Source: Oikopleura dioica
Taxonomy: Eukaryota > Animalia > Chordata
Assembly: GCA_907165135.1 (NCBI GenBank)
Contig: OU015568.1
Location: 7,006,001-7,070,000 of the forward strand
Length of the DNA: 64,000 bases
Direction of reading: 5' to 3'
Shown: piece after piece, positions 26,848-39,229 of the stretch
Numbering within the stretch: position 1 is the stretch's first letter
Layout: each line of letters opens with the position of its first letter
Program-made: the position numbers and the translations under genes
The notes under the pieces: generated by a model
What the model was told of the DNA's origin: nothing
Databases searched by the model: none
What the model saw: the letters and a program-made list of their open reading frames with translations, nothing else

Positions 26848-27342
26848 ATGCCCGCCTCACCAAAGAAAGCAACCAAGGCTCCAGCCAAGAAGGCCGAGCA
26901 CCCAACCTTCAACGTCATGATCGTCGCTGCCATCGCCGCCCTCAAGGAACGCTCCGGCTCCTCCCGACAGGCCATCGAGAAGTACATCGTCGCCAACTAC
27001 AAGGGCGTCGAGAAGGGATCCCACCACTTCAAGAAGGCCCTCAAGACCGGCGTCGAGAAAGGCGTCCTCGTCCAGACCAAGGGCGTCGGTGCCAGCGGTT
27101 CCTTCAAGATCAAGAAGCAAGAGAAGCCAGCCAAGCCCGCTGCCGCCAAGAAACCCGCTGCCAAAAAGACTGCCGCCAAGAAGCCAGCAGCCAAGAAGGT
27201 CGCCGCCAAAAAGCCCGCTGCAAAGAAGGTCGTCAAGAAAACTGCGACGAAGAAAGCCGCCTCCCCCAAAAAGGTTGTCAAGAAAGTCGCTGCCAAGAAG
27301 CCAGCTGCCAAAAAGACCGCCAAGAAGACTGGCAAGAAGTAA
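26848..27342 (+). CDS. H1: Linker histone H1
   Basis: Short N-tail; globular domain [30 protein letters not shown]...[10 protein letters not shown]; K/A/P-rich tail. Confidence 0.97.
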   Translation: MPASPKKATKAPAKKAEHPTFNVMIVAAIAALKERSGSSRQAIEKYIVANYKGVEKGSHHFKKALKTGVEKGVLVQTKGVGASGSFKIKKQEKPAKPAAAKKPAAKKTAAKKPAAKKVAAKKPAAKKVVKKTATKKAASPKKVVKKVAAKKPAAKKTAKKTGKK

Positions 27343-27377
27343 CTTCTCCAACCACCAAAAAAATCCACAAAAAAAAC

Positions 27378-27393
27378 GGCTCTTTTCAGAGCC
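27378..27393 (+). promoter_or_regulatory. Histone 3' stem-loop (H1)
   Basis: GGCTCTTTTCAGAGCC-ACAAA. Confidence 0.95.
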
Positions 27394-28184
27394 ACAAATT
27401 CCAAAAAAACTCTTCTTTGTAAATATTCTTTCTCCACTGCCTTCACTAAAACATAAAGAATAAAGTATTCAATTCTTACTTCAGCTTTTCATGACTCTTT
27501 ACTAGCAATTTGCATCAAGTCTTAGCAGTAAAGTTTTACAAAAATTAATAATTTTTGTTTTAGTTTACGAGTTTTCGTTGACCATTTTTGAGGATTGTAG
27601 ATTTTCTATTTGGAAGTTTTTTTTGCAAAAGTGACGGTAAAAGACTTAAAGGTTTCTGAATGAGATGAAATCATAAACGACTACATTATCATTGAAAACA
27701 AAATGATATCTTTTCATTTGAACCAAACCAGCTTTTGAAAGTTGCTGGAAATCGAAGGGATGCCCCGTTGCGCGCGAAATCGAGTTGCTAGCCAGGCCGC
27801 GGGCTTCAACGAAAACGCCAAAATCGATACTTCGTGCCGCTGTGTGACACGCTCGACTGAAGATGTAGACGGATAACGTGCTTTAGAAATGGCTCCCTGC
27901 TTGCTTCCTGTTCAAAATCTTCGAAAAACGAGCGATAATGAAATCATTGAAGACAACTTTCAATTCAAGCACCACCAATCAACTCAATTCTACCTTTTCA
28001 ACTACAGTAGCTATTTGCCTAGTCAAATGATACTCTCTTTGAATATCGAATTGATTCTTTGGCTAAGTTTCTTTCAAATTCAAGTTTTGATGAGTCAAAT
28101 TTTATAATAAGATTTATTTTATTCCTAGTCAATCTTTTGGGCAGTGAAAAGTTGTCAAAGACAAGTATTTTTTGGTAAGTTTGT

Positions 28185-28200
28185 GGCCCTAAAAAGGGCC
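28185..28200 (-). promoter_or_regulatory. Histone 3' stem-loop (H2A)
   Basis: GGCCCTTTTTAGGGCC-ACAAA on the minus strand. Confidence 0.95.
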
Positions 28201-28230
28201 GGGTTTGTGAATTTCTCAGTGAAGAGAAAT

Positions 28231-28838
<608 letters not shown>

Positions 28839-29201
28839 ATGGCCGCTACCAAGGGATCGAAGAAAGCTATCGTCAAGAAGGCTCCCCCAGCCGGAGACAA
28901 GAAGAAGCGAAAGGCTAAGCGAAAGGAGTCTTACTCGATCTACATCTACAAGGTCCTCAAGCAGGTCCACCCCGACACCGGTATCTCCTCGAAGGCCATG
29001 TCCATCATGAACTCGTTCGTGTCCGACATCTTCGAGCGAATCGCCAACGAGGCCTCCCGACTCGCCAAGTACAACAAGAAGTCCACCATCTCTTCCCGAG
29101 AGGTCCAGACCGCCGTCCGACTTCTCCTCCCCGGTGAATTGGCCAAGCACGCCGTCTCCGAAGGTACCAAGGCCGTCACCAAGTACACCTCCTCCAAGTA
29201 A
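28839..29201 (+). CDS. H2B: Histone H2B
   Basis: MAATKGSKK...[26 protein letters not shown]...TKYTSSK. Confidence 0.99.
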   Translation: MAATKGSKKAIVKKAPPAGDKKKRKAKRKESYSIYIYKVLKQVHPDTGISSKAMSIMNSFVSDIFERIANEASRLAKYNKKSTISSREVQTAVRLLLPGELAKHAVSEGTKAVTKYTSSK

Positions 29202-29225
29202 ATTTCGATTTACTTCGACAAACCC

Positions 29226-29241
29226 GGCCCTTTTTAGGGCC
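29226..29241 (+). promoter_or_regulatory. Histone 3' stem-loop (H2B)
   Basis: GGCCCTTTTTAGGGCC-ACAAA. Confidence 0.95.
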
Positions 29242-29939
29242 ACAAATTCTCAAAACTGCCACTGTTTACATTTGATTCTTTTGAACTTATTCTATGAAAT
29301 GATAATCTACTGTGCACTCTTTATGAAAATATGGCCAGTTATAAAGTTAATTACGAAATGAAAATCTTTATGTAAAATTTACATTGCAAATAAAGTGATG
29401 AGTGACTTTACTGAAGTTGTCGTTAGAATTCATTTTTGAAAGCAGGAGCAGTTATTCGCGGGCGCGCGAAAACCGGTTAGATTTAAAAAGCTTGTAATTT
29501 CCCGCCCCGCCACTTCGTGATCGATACGGATCACTGAACTCTTGAATGAAGGGGAATTTGATACGAATCGTCGTTTATTCTCAGTTCTAGGCGCACTTTT
29601 ATCCGGAAAAGCACGGTATTTCTTCTGAGCGATAATTTTAAAAATAAATTTAGAAAATTAGTCCTAATTATTGATTGTAATCAATGTTTGAGATAATTTT
29701 TGCGATCGTAATTACAGTATGCGACATACAGTATCATCGATTTATTCTAAATAATCATCGTTGATTTCAAAAATGATTTCAAAAACATTTTTCAAATATT
29801 CCATGTTTGAGCCTCTTTATTCAGGTCAGAAAAAAGGGATGACTCTGTTCCTGTCGGTCCGCGACCTGCCCGGAGGGCAAGTTCCACGGCCTGTGTCAGA
29901 GTTGTGTTCCATACTTAGCTTGCCTTTTTACCAAAAAGT

Positions 29940-31182
29940 ATGAAAATGGGGATTTTGAGTGAATTAGACAAGGTCGCCGGCGATATTCTCAAAGACACGA
30001 GAGACATTTTGATCTTTATCGGAAGACTGCTGCTGATTTCGACTTTTATCGAGGATGGCTTTAGAATGTGGCATCAGTGGACAGGTAAATTGAGAAAGAA
30101 AGGGTGGAGGTTTATTATTTTGTAGAGCACACGGAATACATTGGAAACACGTGGGACTGGCAGACGGAAATAGCTACAGTCGTTGTGGGGATCAATCTCG
30201 CCGGGCAAGTTTTAGGAGCGATCCTGGTGCTCTTCCGAATTTTAGTCACTCCTTCAGTTGTGCTACTCACGCTCATCGTCATCATCCAGGTTTGATTTCC
30301 CTTTCTTTATTCTTTTTTCGACTTTTTCCAAGACGATTGTTTATTCGATCATTTTCGACATCAAATTCCTGATGCGCCACCTCGCCATGATCGGCGCTCT
30401 CCTCCTCCTCCTCGCCGAGCACAAAGACCGTCGCGCTCAACAACAGAAGCAAAAGACGCCCGTTGGCCTTCCGGTCCTCGATGAGCACAGTCCGTCCAGT
30501 GGGCTTCAATTCTTTGGCAGAATTTTTCTTGTTCTGTTGTTTTGCACGCTCCTGCATTTCTGGGGCTGGTCTCAGGCGGCTGAAAACTTCAAGAATGACG
30601 AAGATGCTTTTGAAGATTTAATAGGGAAGGGTCTTGACTACTGAACTCGGCAAAAACCTGAGTCAGGGTCTGAAAGATCATTTTGGAAACGAAGAATTTG
30701 AAAATAAATTGAAATGTTAACTTTGCGAAGCCGCTTTGCGGCTTCGTTTTAAAGCAGCCGCTATGCGGCTTTTTGCTAAAGATCTTTCAGGCCCTGACTC
30801 AGGTTTTCAAGGCAGGTTGCCGAGCCTAATTTCGAATATATTATGCAGACCCGAATTAAAGGAATCAAGAAAGAAGTCCTCAACGACACCTTCGGGCTTT
30901 TCTTCATCCTGCTAATCGTCGCTGGATGGAAAACTAGACTATGTTCATTAATTCTGATCATTTGGCTTGGCTGCCTCAACTTCTTCGTCAACGACTTCTG
31001 GAGTCATGCAGACACGTCGATGATGTACGACTTCAAGCGCTACGATTTCTTCCAGGTAAGAAGAACCACTGCAACTCACTGTAACACTGTTTTAGACATT
31101 GAGTGTCATTGGAGGGCTGAAAATTTTAATCGCGCTTGGACCTGGCCACTTCTCGCTGGACTATGAGAAGAAAGGAATTTAA
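29940..31182 (+). CDS. SURF4: Surfeit locus protein 4-like ER cargo receptor
   Basis: IGRLLLISTFIEDGFRMWHQW, FLMRHLAMIGALLLLLAE, GRIFLVLLFCTLLHF, GWKTRL, YDFKRYDFFQ|TLSVIGGL...GPGHFSLDYEKKGI. Confidence 0.88.
30641..30828. mobile_element. MITE family A, copy 4 (in a SURF4 intron)
   Basis: CTCGGCAAAAACCTGAGTCAGGG...CCCTGACTCAGGTTTTCAAGGCAGGTTGCCGAG; internal AAGCCGCTTTGCGGCTT. Confidence 0.8.
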
Positions 31183-31317
31183 TTTTTATTTTAAAATTAG
31201 TACAATAAATGTATAACAGTATTTTCCAATCACTTTTCGTCTTCTTTTTCTTTTCTTTTAGATTTAGATTAGTCTCTCAAGGTTCAAGTGAATCGATGAA
31301 TTATTAATTGAGAACTC

Positions 31318-32658
31318 TCAAAGGCAGGAAAGGTTGAACCTGTGCCCATCATAAAGTGACAGCGCTTGAATTATACTCGGGTCCTTTTTCGATCCTTCCA
31401 TGAACTCGGACATCGTCAGGTACCCATCGTCATTCTAGGAGATGAATATAAAGCTGTCCTTTTTTCGTATCGAAACTTGGGCTCGGCAACCTGTGTGGCA
31501 AACCTGAGTCAGGGTCCGAAAGATCGCGGCCTTTCGTAAGAGATTTTCCAGACCCTGACTCAGGTTTTCAACACAGGTTGCCGAGCCCAGGTAAAAAATA
31601 CCTTATCCATCAAGGCAAATATTCTAGCGACCCTCTTCTCAGGCGTATTTTCCTCCTCCGGCAGCGCAACTGTACTTCCCACCATCGAGTAAATCGCTAA
31701 ATATTTATCGAGCGGCATTAAAAATATGTAGAAGGGATTAGTTCTTCAATTTGGCTCCTTGTCAAGAAAAGTGAATAATTCTTGATAAACCTGACAAGTA
31801 AACCTTTTAGTAGATTTCTTTGTTTTGGTAATCCGAAATGCGCAAATACCTTTCACAATTTCCAGCATTTCGTCGCGCGTAATTGAACCATCTCCGTCTA
31901 AGTCGTACAGTCTGAATGCCCAGCGTAATTTGTCGTCCAACGTTCCTCTCGAAGTTACTAAAGAAATTGTTACGATTATTGATAAAAACTTTTAAAAAAT
32001 AGGGCCAAGGATTGTCAAAATATAATATTTCCATTTTATGCTTTCTGATTGGACACGCACCAATTTTAAGCATTCTTATTGGCTGAACGCCATTTTTAAG
32101 CCTTTTGATTGGGTGCGCGCCGTTTTCAGGCCTTTTGATTGGGGGCGCACCATTTTTAAGCCTTTTGATTGGGCGCGCGCCATTTTTAAGCCTTTTGATT
32201 GGGCGCGCGCTCTTCTTGGACGTTTTGATTGGTTGAAAAATTATAAAAATTTCGACTTCGTATGAATTTATTCTGACTTTTACTTGCATCGAATTTGCCT
32301 ATTTTACCTGATAAGGCCATGATAAACTCTTCAAACTCAATTGTTCCATCTTTGTTCTCGTCGAAAACATCAAAAACAAAGCGAGCAAAGGCTTGTGGAT
32401 CACCCTGAGGAAAAAATTGCCTAGCAAAATTATAGCTTTTTTTAAATAATTATTGCATTTACGTGTAAATCTTGCTAAACTCAGCAGCGGAAAGTTTTCC
32501 CGTCGGGCAATCTTTTAGGAATCCTTTGTGCCATTGTTGCAGCTCTTCTTTGCCGACTAAAAGGTCGAGAATTTTACTTTTTCAAAAGACGTACATTTTG
32601 TCTTAGCACTTAGTTCTGCAATGGCGACGGGATTGAGCTTGCTTTTCTTCGCTCCCAT
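31318..32658 (-). CDS. NCS1: Neuronal calcium sensor 1 / frequenin
   Basis: MGAKKSKL (myristoylation), [83 protein letters not shown]. Confidence 0.93.
31477..31590. mobile_element. MITE family A, copy 5 (short; in an NCS1 intron)
   Basis: Near-perfect TIRs GGGCTCGGCAACCTGTGTGGCAAACCTGAGTCAGGG / CCCTGACTCAGGTTTTCAACACAGGTTGCCGAGCCC. Confidence 0.85.
32029..32238. repeat. 30-bp minisatellite, 7 units, in an NCS1 intron
   Basis: Consensus GCCATTTTTAAGCCTTTTGATTGGGCGCGC; units start at 32029, 32059, 32089, 32119, 32149, 32179 and 32209. Confidence 0.95.
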
Positions 32659-33851
32659 AATTTCTCTAAATGTAAAAAAATTGCTCAAAGTTTGTTCAAA
32701 TGTTCAGTTTTCATTTCGTCAATTAAATAATTGAATTCCACGGTATATTCAATATTTGTTAAGCTCTCTTTCTTTCTCTGACTCGTGCGTAATTTTGGAA
32801 GGAACAACTATTTTTTTCTTGGTCGAAAACAGACAATAGCGCTTTCTTTCTTTTTTTGTATTGATCCTTCCATAAGAAACGATATGGGCTGGGAAAGCTA
32901 TAAACTGGATGCCGGGGAAGATAATCGGCTTTTTGCGCGACTACAGTTCTCTCTGTGTGAAATGATTGAGGCTGATTAAAAGCTCCGGTCGGACTCGAGC
33001 AGGACGAGTGGACAATTTAACACAACCACCTGAGGGCTCTCCTCTTTTTACAGTCGCACCGAAGAGAGAGAGAAAGAATCGGCAAACGAGTTCGCCAATA
33101 GTTTTTTTACGATGCTGGAAATGATATTTCCACTAAGCCCAAGTGACATCTGCACTGGCACACAGACATTATCGATCTTACAAGTAAGGTCTTGGTATTT
33201 TTTTTTCAAGAGCCATCTTCTCTTGCTAAAAATGGCTGAAAAAGTTGTCGAAGTCTTGAAAAAGTCTAGTTTTGAAAGAAAAAATCAAAGTGTCTATTGA
33301 TTTTTTTTCTTGGAAATGGCTTTTGATAGAATCTTTTTTCTTTAGAAATTCTTTAGGATCGTGTCTGAACACGTGTTTGTCGTCACAGTTTTGCCATTGA
33401 AAGACTCTCTGAACGCTGGCTTCGTCGAAAATAACCTTTTCATTACTAAAACTACAACGTTACGTTTCTCAAAAACAGTTTATGGCTGGTTCAAACTCAA
33501 GCAAGAGTCAAAGAGTTCAACAAAAAGTCAAGATTTGAACTCTCTCGAAGAGCGAGTACATTTTTGAATAATTTATGTTTGATAATTAATTTCATTCGTT
33601 TAAATATTCATGCTAGAAAATCATCATTGGCAGATTTTTTTATGTAAAAACTTTTAGCACAGAATAAGCAGCTTGCTCGTTGTTTGCAAACAATGAACCA
33701 AGTGGTGCTTCGTGACCTTATCAGTGTTCTGCGACGTTTGTCGTAAAGCCTTGGAACTTGCCGGGGGCTGTTTCGCATTCGCGATGCAGGATATTGCCGC
33801 TCCCTTTTTGAAGCGATAAAGCAAGAGAGAAAAGTACCGCAGCGCTGAAGA

Positions 33852-35394
33852 ATGCGGACTGTTATCTTGAGCAAGACGCTCTTGCGCATTGCGTTTGTCG
33901 TCATTCTTGTTCTAGTTTTGTACAGCTCCCGGAAGGCAAGAGACGTAGCCAGCGAAACCCTGAAAGAAGTGAGCGATGAATTGGCTCTGCTGCAAGAGGG
34001 TGAAGGTTAGCGAGATTTACTGATGAAAAAATAAGGATTAGCAGAGATAGTAGCTAAATCCTGGATTACTGTAGCAAGGAGATTTGATTGCATTGACAGT
34101 ATTTTTAGGTTCAGGCGAGGACAGGGTCGACATCTTGGAGAACATTGACAACTTCTACCACGAAGACTCCGAAGAGATCGAAGAAAAAGACCCGATCCAC
34201 TTCGCTGCTGAAGACAAAAAGTTCCTGCTTCACAACAAGCTCCCCAAATCCGGCTCGTCAACGATGAAATACATCCTCAAAGTCTTGTCGGACAAGAATG
34301 ACTTTTTCTTCGACCACTATCGGGTGAGCCAGTGCGACATTGACAACAACCAGCGACTTGTTCATCACGCAGCCAAGTTGCGAAGACAGCATCCGGACAA
34401 GAAGATTGTTCTGCTGAAGCACCACACTTGGGTGAATTTTACACACAGAGGTTATCCCCAGCCACAGGTCTGAATTCCTCGGAAATTCATTTTTGCAAAC
34501 CATTTTTCAAGTTTATCAACGTCGTTCGCCACCCAGTGACTCAATTCAAGAGCACTTATTACTTTTCACGCTTCGGATGGGGACTTCAAAAAGGAAAGAG
34601 AAAGTCGTTCAGGGCGGGATCTTCTTTTCAATAGATTTTTACAGAGAGATATTTCGGGGTAAGCGAATATAAGCAGATTAAAATCCTAATTGAAAGCGGC
34701 TCACACGAAGACCGAAAACGATCAATTGACGATTGCGTCGCCCAGGGCCAGTATGAGTGCGTCGATTCTATCGGCGTTTTCAACAAGTATTTCTGCGGCA
34801 CGGATCCTGTTTGCATGGATGTAAGTAATTACCGTTTCTCTAACTACCTGATCGATTAATGGAGTCTTAATCACGGGTTAGCAGATTGCTCAATTATTAA
34901 AATTTTTAATCAAGCACCGTACTCATCAACAACAACCCGACGGCAAGTGGGTTCGATTCACCGACCATGAAAAACTGAAGAAAGCAACGGAGCTCAGCAA
35001 GCAAAACATCCTCAAATACAGGCAAATCGGTGTGTTGGAAGAATTTGACTCGACTCTCAAGCTGTTGGAAGTGACTCTGCCCGAGTTTTACAAAGGAGCT
35101 TTGGATGCTTACCATGGACCCTGTAAATATAGTTTCAGTTTGAACTTCCCATTCATAAAAAATTCAGACGTCCAGAAGTTCGTCAAGCTGACCAAATCCA
35201 AGTCGCATGGAAATATGACAGAAGAAACTGCCAAAAAGCTGGAAGAGGTAACAAGCTACTAAAATGCCGCCTTCCCTAATTAGCGATTTTAGATGCTCTC
35301 ATACGACATGGACATCTACAACCTCGCGAAGCAGGTCTTCCACCAGCGCCTCCAAGAAAACGGCATCGGCAACAACGCCGTTGCCCCACTCTAA
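33852..35394 (+). CDS. Heparan sulfate 2-O / uronyl 2-sulfotransferase-like (type II membrane)
   Basis: N-terminal TM (RIAFVVILVLVLYSS); 5'-PSB motif HNKLPKSGSSTM; FINVVRHPVTQFKSTYYFSRFG; GVLEEFDSTLKLLE; YDMDIYNLAKQVF. Confidence 0.85.
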
Positions 35395-35541
35395 ATGACA
35401 GAATGTTCCACAAAAGTTCAAAAATCTTATATTCTGATGCCTGCATCCCAAATCTGCCCATATCAATTTTTGCCTTTGTATAATTTATATTGTATAACAT
35501 ATAAATGTATCCTCATACCACTTGAGTAAAGCTATCACATT

Positions 35542-36720
35542 TTATTTCATTCGGCATTTTCCATTTTTACAGGCTTGGCAAAGTTCGGGGCGATGTCGGT
35601 TTCTAGGATTGCCGGATCGGCGGTCCACGCGTAGTTGGGGAATCAGGTCGATGTCTCCGTAGAAATGGTGGCGGATGCGAACGTAAAGGTTGTGCAGCAC
35701 CTAATAACTCTTTTTGCTGAAAAAAAAAATGAGAGCGGACCTTTGTGACTTCCTCAGGGTACCACATCGCCGTCTCAAATCGGTCTTCCATGCATTTCTG
35801 GCATTTTTGCCCGAACATTGTTGCTACAATAACTCCAACTCTCACATATTGCCCCTGAAAATCATCTTCAACAATTGACAAAGAAAAAGGATTACATTAA
35901 CAATTGAAGTATGAATCGTAATGTTGAAGGTGATCATTCCTCTCATCGAGGTCCAGCCATTTCCGCAAACTGGGCAGCAGAAGCGCACTTTTGCCCAGTC
36001 CCTTAAAACCATCCCGTAGGAATCGTCCTTTGGAGTCGATGATTCGTAGAAGTTCCATTTAGCGATGGGCGAATCTGGCAACTGACAGAAAAACTGATTG
36101 AATTCGCGTTGCCAGACGATTCTGATGAGATCGTCGTAGCTTTCTCCGTTTATCGTTGTTGTTACTTCGTAGCTCTTCTGGTTTAAATTTGAATCAATCT
36201 GGACTGGCATATAGAGATAATTCTACAAGAAGGTAAGGCTTGAAGATTCAATGGAGAACGACCTGGTTATAAAAGGGATGACTCGCTTGGTAATCAGTGA
36301 GAGTCGATGAGTTGAAAGAAATCGGTTGAGTCTGACTCTGTGACTGAGTGGTGAGTTGAGAGCCTGTTCCGTAAGCGGAGCCACTCGCTTCAGCTGGTTT
36401 TTAAAAGTCTGGTTTATCTTTCTCTTTTTGTTTTCCGAACAGGTGATTTTCCCTGGCGGTGCTTTCTCTACGTACCGTACGGTTGCTGAGCTTGGAGTTG
36501 TTGCTGCTGTTGGAGTAGAAGCTGTTGCTGGAGGAGAAGTTGCTGTTGTTGTTGAACAGTAGCGAGATAATACTGAAAACGTACAGTAAAAAAATCGTCT
36601 GTTTCCTCTGTTAGAAACCTGAGGCATGAGAAATTGAGTGATATCTTTTTTCACAGTCTCTTTTGATGAAACCAGCAGGTCTACTGCGGATTTCGTTTGA
36701 GAGCTTTCATCCTCTGCCAT
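35542..36720 (-). CDS. 3CxxC-type zinc-finger protein (RTP/receptor-transporting-protein-like)
   Basis: WQREF, AKVRFCCPVCGNGWTS, MFGQKCQKC, ETAMWYPEEV, HRPELCQACKNGKC; linkage of the S/T-rich N-terminal ORF 36223-36720 is less certain. Confidence 0.8.
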
Positions 36721-37104
36721 TTCTTATTTTTTCTCTGTTTTCTCGCTTTTTGGCCTAAATAGGTTTTCGATGCTCCCAAGGAAGCAGCAGGAAACGACTA
36801 AAATAACATAGACGGATGAAAAAGGGGCTTTGGAGAGACGTGCAAAGTTTTTATGAATTTGAAAATTTAAAGAGAGATGTGATGATATTATGAAAAAATA
36901 AAATGCGACTCGACGTCGATTCTGTCGTTTAAGATACCGCGTGTTATACACATTAAATTGTAAAATAAAATGTCTACTGAAAACTTCACATTGCATTCTC
37001 GACTATAGTGCCCTGACACGGTTTACGATGTATGATTGAATAAATGATTTATTTCTACAAACATGGTATAAATCTGCGTACTGATATCATAATGGAACTG
37101 TTGG

Positions 37105-39229
37105 TTAAAAAGAATAATATAGCACATTGAAGTAAAATGGGTGGCTGGCGTGGCTGAACTCTGGAAACACTACTGAAGGCTTTTTCAGAAGCCAGTAATG
37201 GTGATGACTTTTCGAAGCAACTTCGGAGTGGAAATTCGGAAGACGATCTAAAAACATTTTTTTCGGAAGGAAATTTTTTGAAAGGCAAACCGGCATCTTT
37301 TTCTCAGGGAAGTGAACTCCGTGGACTTCCGTTTTGTCGCCGTTTTGAATTTGATGCAGCTCTTTTTTGTGCGTCGGTGTGATGAATTGCTCGACGATCA
37401 CCTAATTTATAATTTGATAGAGACTGAAAATTTTGGCTTTCATACAAATCCCTTGAGTTTCATAGGAACTTCGATGACTCGATTGTTGACTGCTTGATGA
37501 TCCCAGTCGAGAACGTGGACGTAGAGAGCCATGTAGTCCTTTGAGCGAACATATCGAAAATTACCAGTTGGAATCGCCCCGTCTGGAAGGAACGGTCGGG
37601 TGTGATAGATTCCTTCGCTGTTGACTGACATCCAGGAGCCGAGATCCTTCAAAAGATTGTAAATTGAAGCCTTTATTTTGCTCTTACTTTTAGTCGTTTT
37701 TCTTGAATGGCACTGATAGAGCCATTAGGAAGCGGACCAACATCGAGAAGCAGATTTCCTCCCTTGCTCACGATGTCGATCAACATTCTGACGATATCAA
37801 TACTGGCCATGGTTTCCTTCTCCCCTTCATTTCTGTTGTAGCCAAAGCTAAAGCCGATGCCGCGATTTGTTTCCCAAGGTTGCGTTGTATTCACAACATC
37901 TTCAAATGAAGATATAAATTTTGAACTATTTTTACTTCAAAAGTTACCCATGATTTTGTATTCTGGCGTCATGAAATCTCCGTTGAACCCATTTGGAATC
38001 TTCCATCTGTTATTGACGACGCCATGTCCAGGGCAGACTAAAACTCGGTCAAAATAAGAGTTGTTTGGAAAGAAAAACCTTTGGAATAAAAATGCGCGAA
38101 TACTTCGTAAAGTCGTTCATCTTTTTCGTAATCTGGGTAATTGATATCATTCCATAAAATACAGGGCTTGTAGCGTTCCATCAATTCGTACAAATGCGAC
38201 GTTGCGTAGTTTGAGTACTCTTGAGGATCTGATGGAAGGTTCATTAAGAAATTCAGAGCCGTAATTTCGATGAAAACTGACATCAACGAGGATAATCTAA
38301 ATTCGGAACCCAAGCTTGTGGTTTTCGCGGTCGATACCAGCAATTTTTGCAGTCGCCATCAAGAGAACCGGGAAACGACCAATCAAGTCCTCCTGAGTAG
38401 TAAAGACCGTATTTCAGCCCGGATTTTTTCAGAGCTTTTCCAAGCTCTCCGACAAGATCTCGGTCGAGCCTTGTGTGCGCTGGAGTTCTGTACGGATTGG
38501 GGACGTTCGAAGGCCATAAAGTGAATCCATCGTGATGCTTGAAATAGATTAATTTTCAAAATTAAACCGGTCATGATTACTTTTGTGGTGAGAACGGCGT
38601 ATTTGGCTCCTGCATTTTTGAAGAGAGTCGCCATGTCCTTCGGCTCCCAGTCGCTAATCGCCTTATTGAATCGCGGCACAAAAGCATCCATGTAGCTTTC
38701 TTTGCCGTAGTGCTTCTTGTGGAACTCTCGCGATGGAGAGCCCTTGATTCGATAAGTATTCATGTACCACTCCGCATAAGGGTGATGTTTGAACCAGGTG
38801 ACGTTGTCGACATTTTCCCGCTCGCTGAACATGAAATCGGTCGGTGCAAATCCAGGCACGGAATAGAGGCCCCAGTGGATAAAAATTCCAAGTTTGGAGT
38901 CTTTCCACCAGTTTGGAGCTTCATGCGTTGACAGACTTGATAAAGTTGGCTCGTAGGTCTTTTCCGCGGTTAATTTTATGAGACGAAATTTCGTTTTCAA
39001 GAAAATATTGACACTTGATAAAATTGTTTTTTGCGATATTTTCTTAAAAAACAATGAAAGTTAGCCGTTCCTTGTGGGTATACAAATGAGCAAAGGCATT
39101 GTGGTTAAAATTGTAGCCCTAAAAATTCTCCTTGAAAACTTTCACTTCAAAATATTTTACCTGAAATAGCAAATAGCACAGCGCGAAAGCTGCTATCGAA
39201 ATGAATATCTCTATGCGACAGAGCCACAT
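37105..39229 (-). CDS. Alpha-L-fucosidase GH29, bacterial-type motifs, with N-terminal hydrophobic segment and introns (3' end approximate)
   Basis: KLGIFIHWGLYSVPG, PYAEWY.NTYRIKGSP, TTK|HHDGF, RDLVGEL, YYSGGLDW, LWNDINYP, VNNRW, FMTPEY, RGIGFSFGYNRNEG, VSKGGNLLLDVGP. Confidence 0.92.

Noticed and set aside
31807-32289. 160-aa ORF with [10 protein letters not shown] repeats, and the 30-bp array as a possible CRISPR
   Set aside because: It is a translation of the intronic minisatellite. Units are contiguous without unique spacers and the context is eukaryotic.
33112-33567. Short plus-strand ORFs between NCS1 and the sulfotransferase
   Set aside because: No recognisable motif and no consistent splice model.
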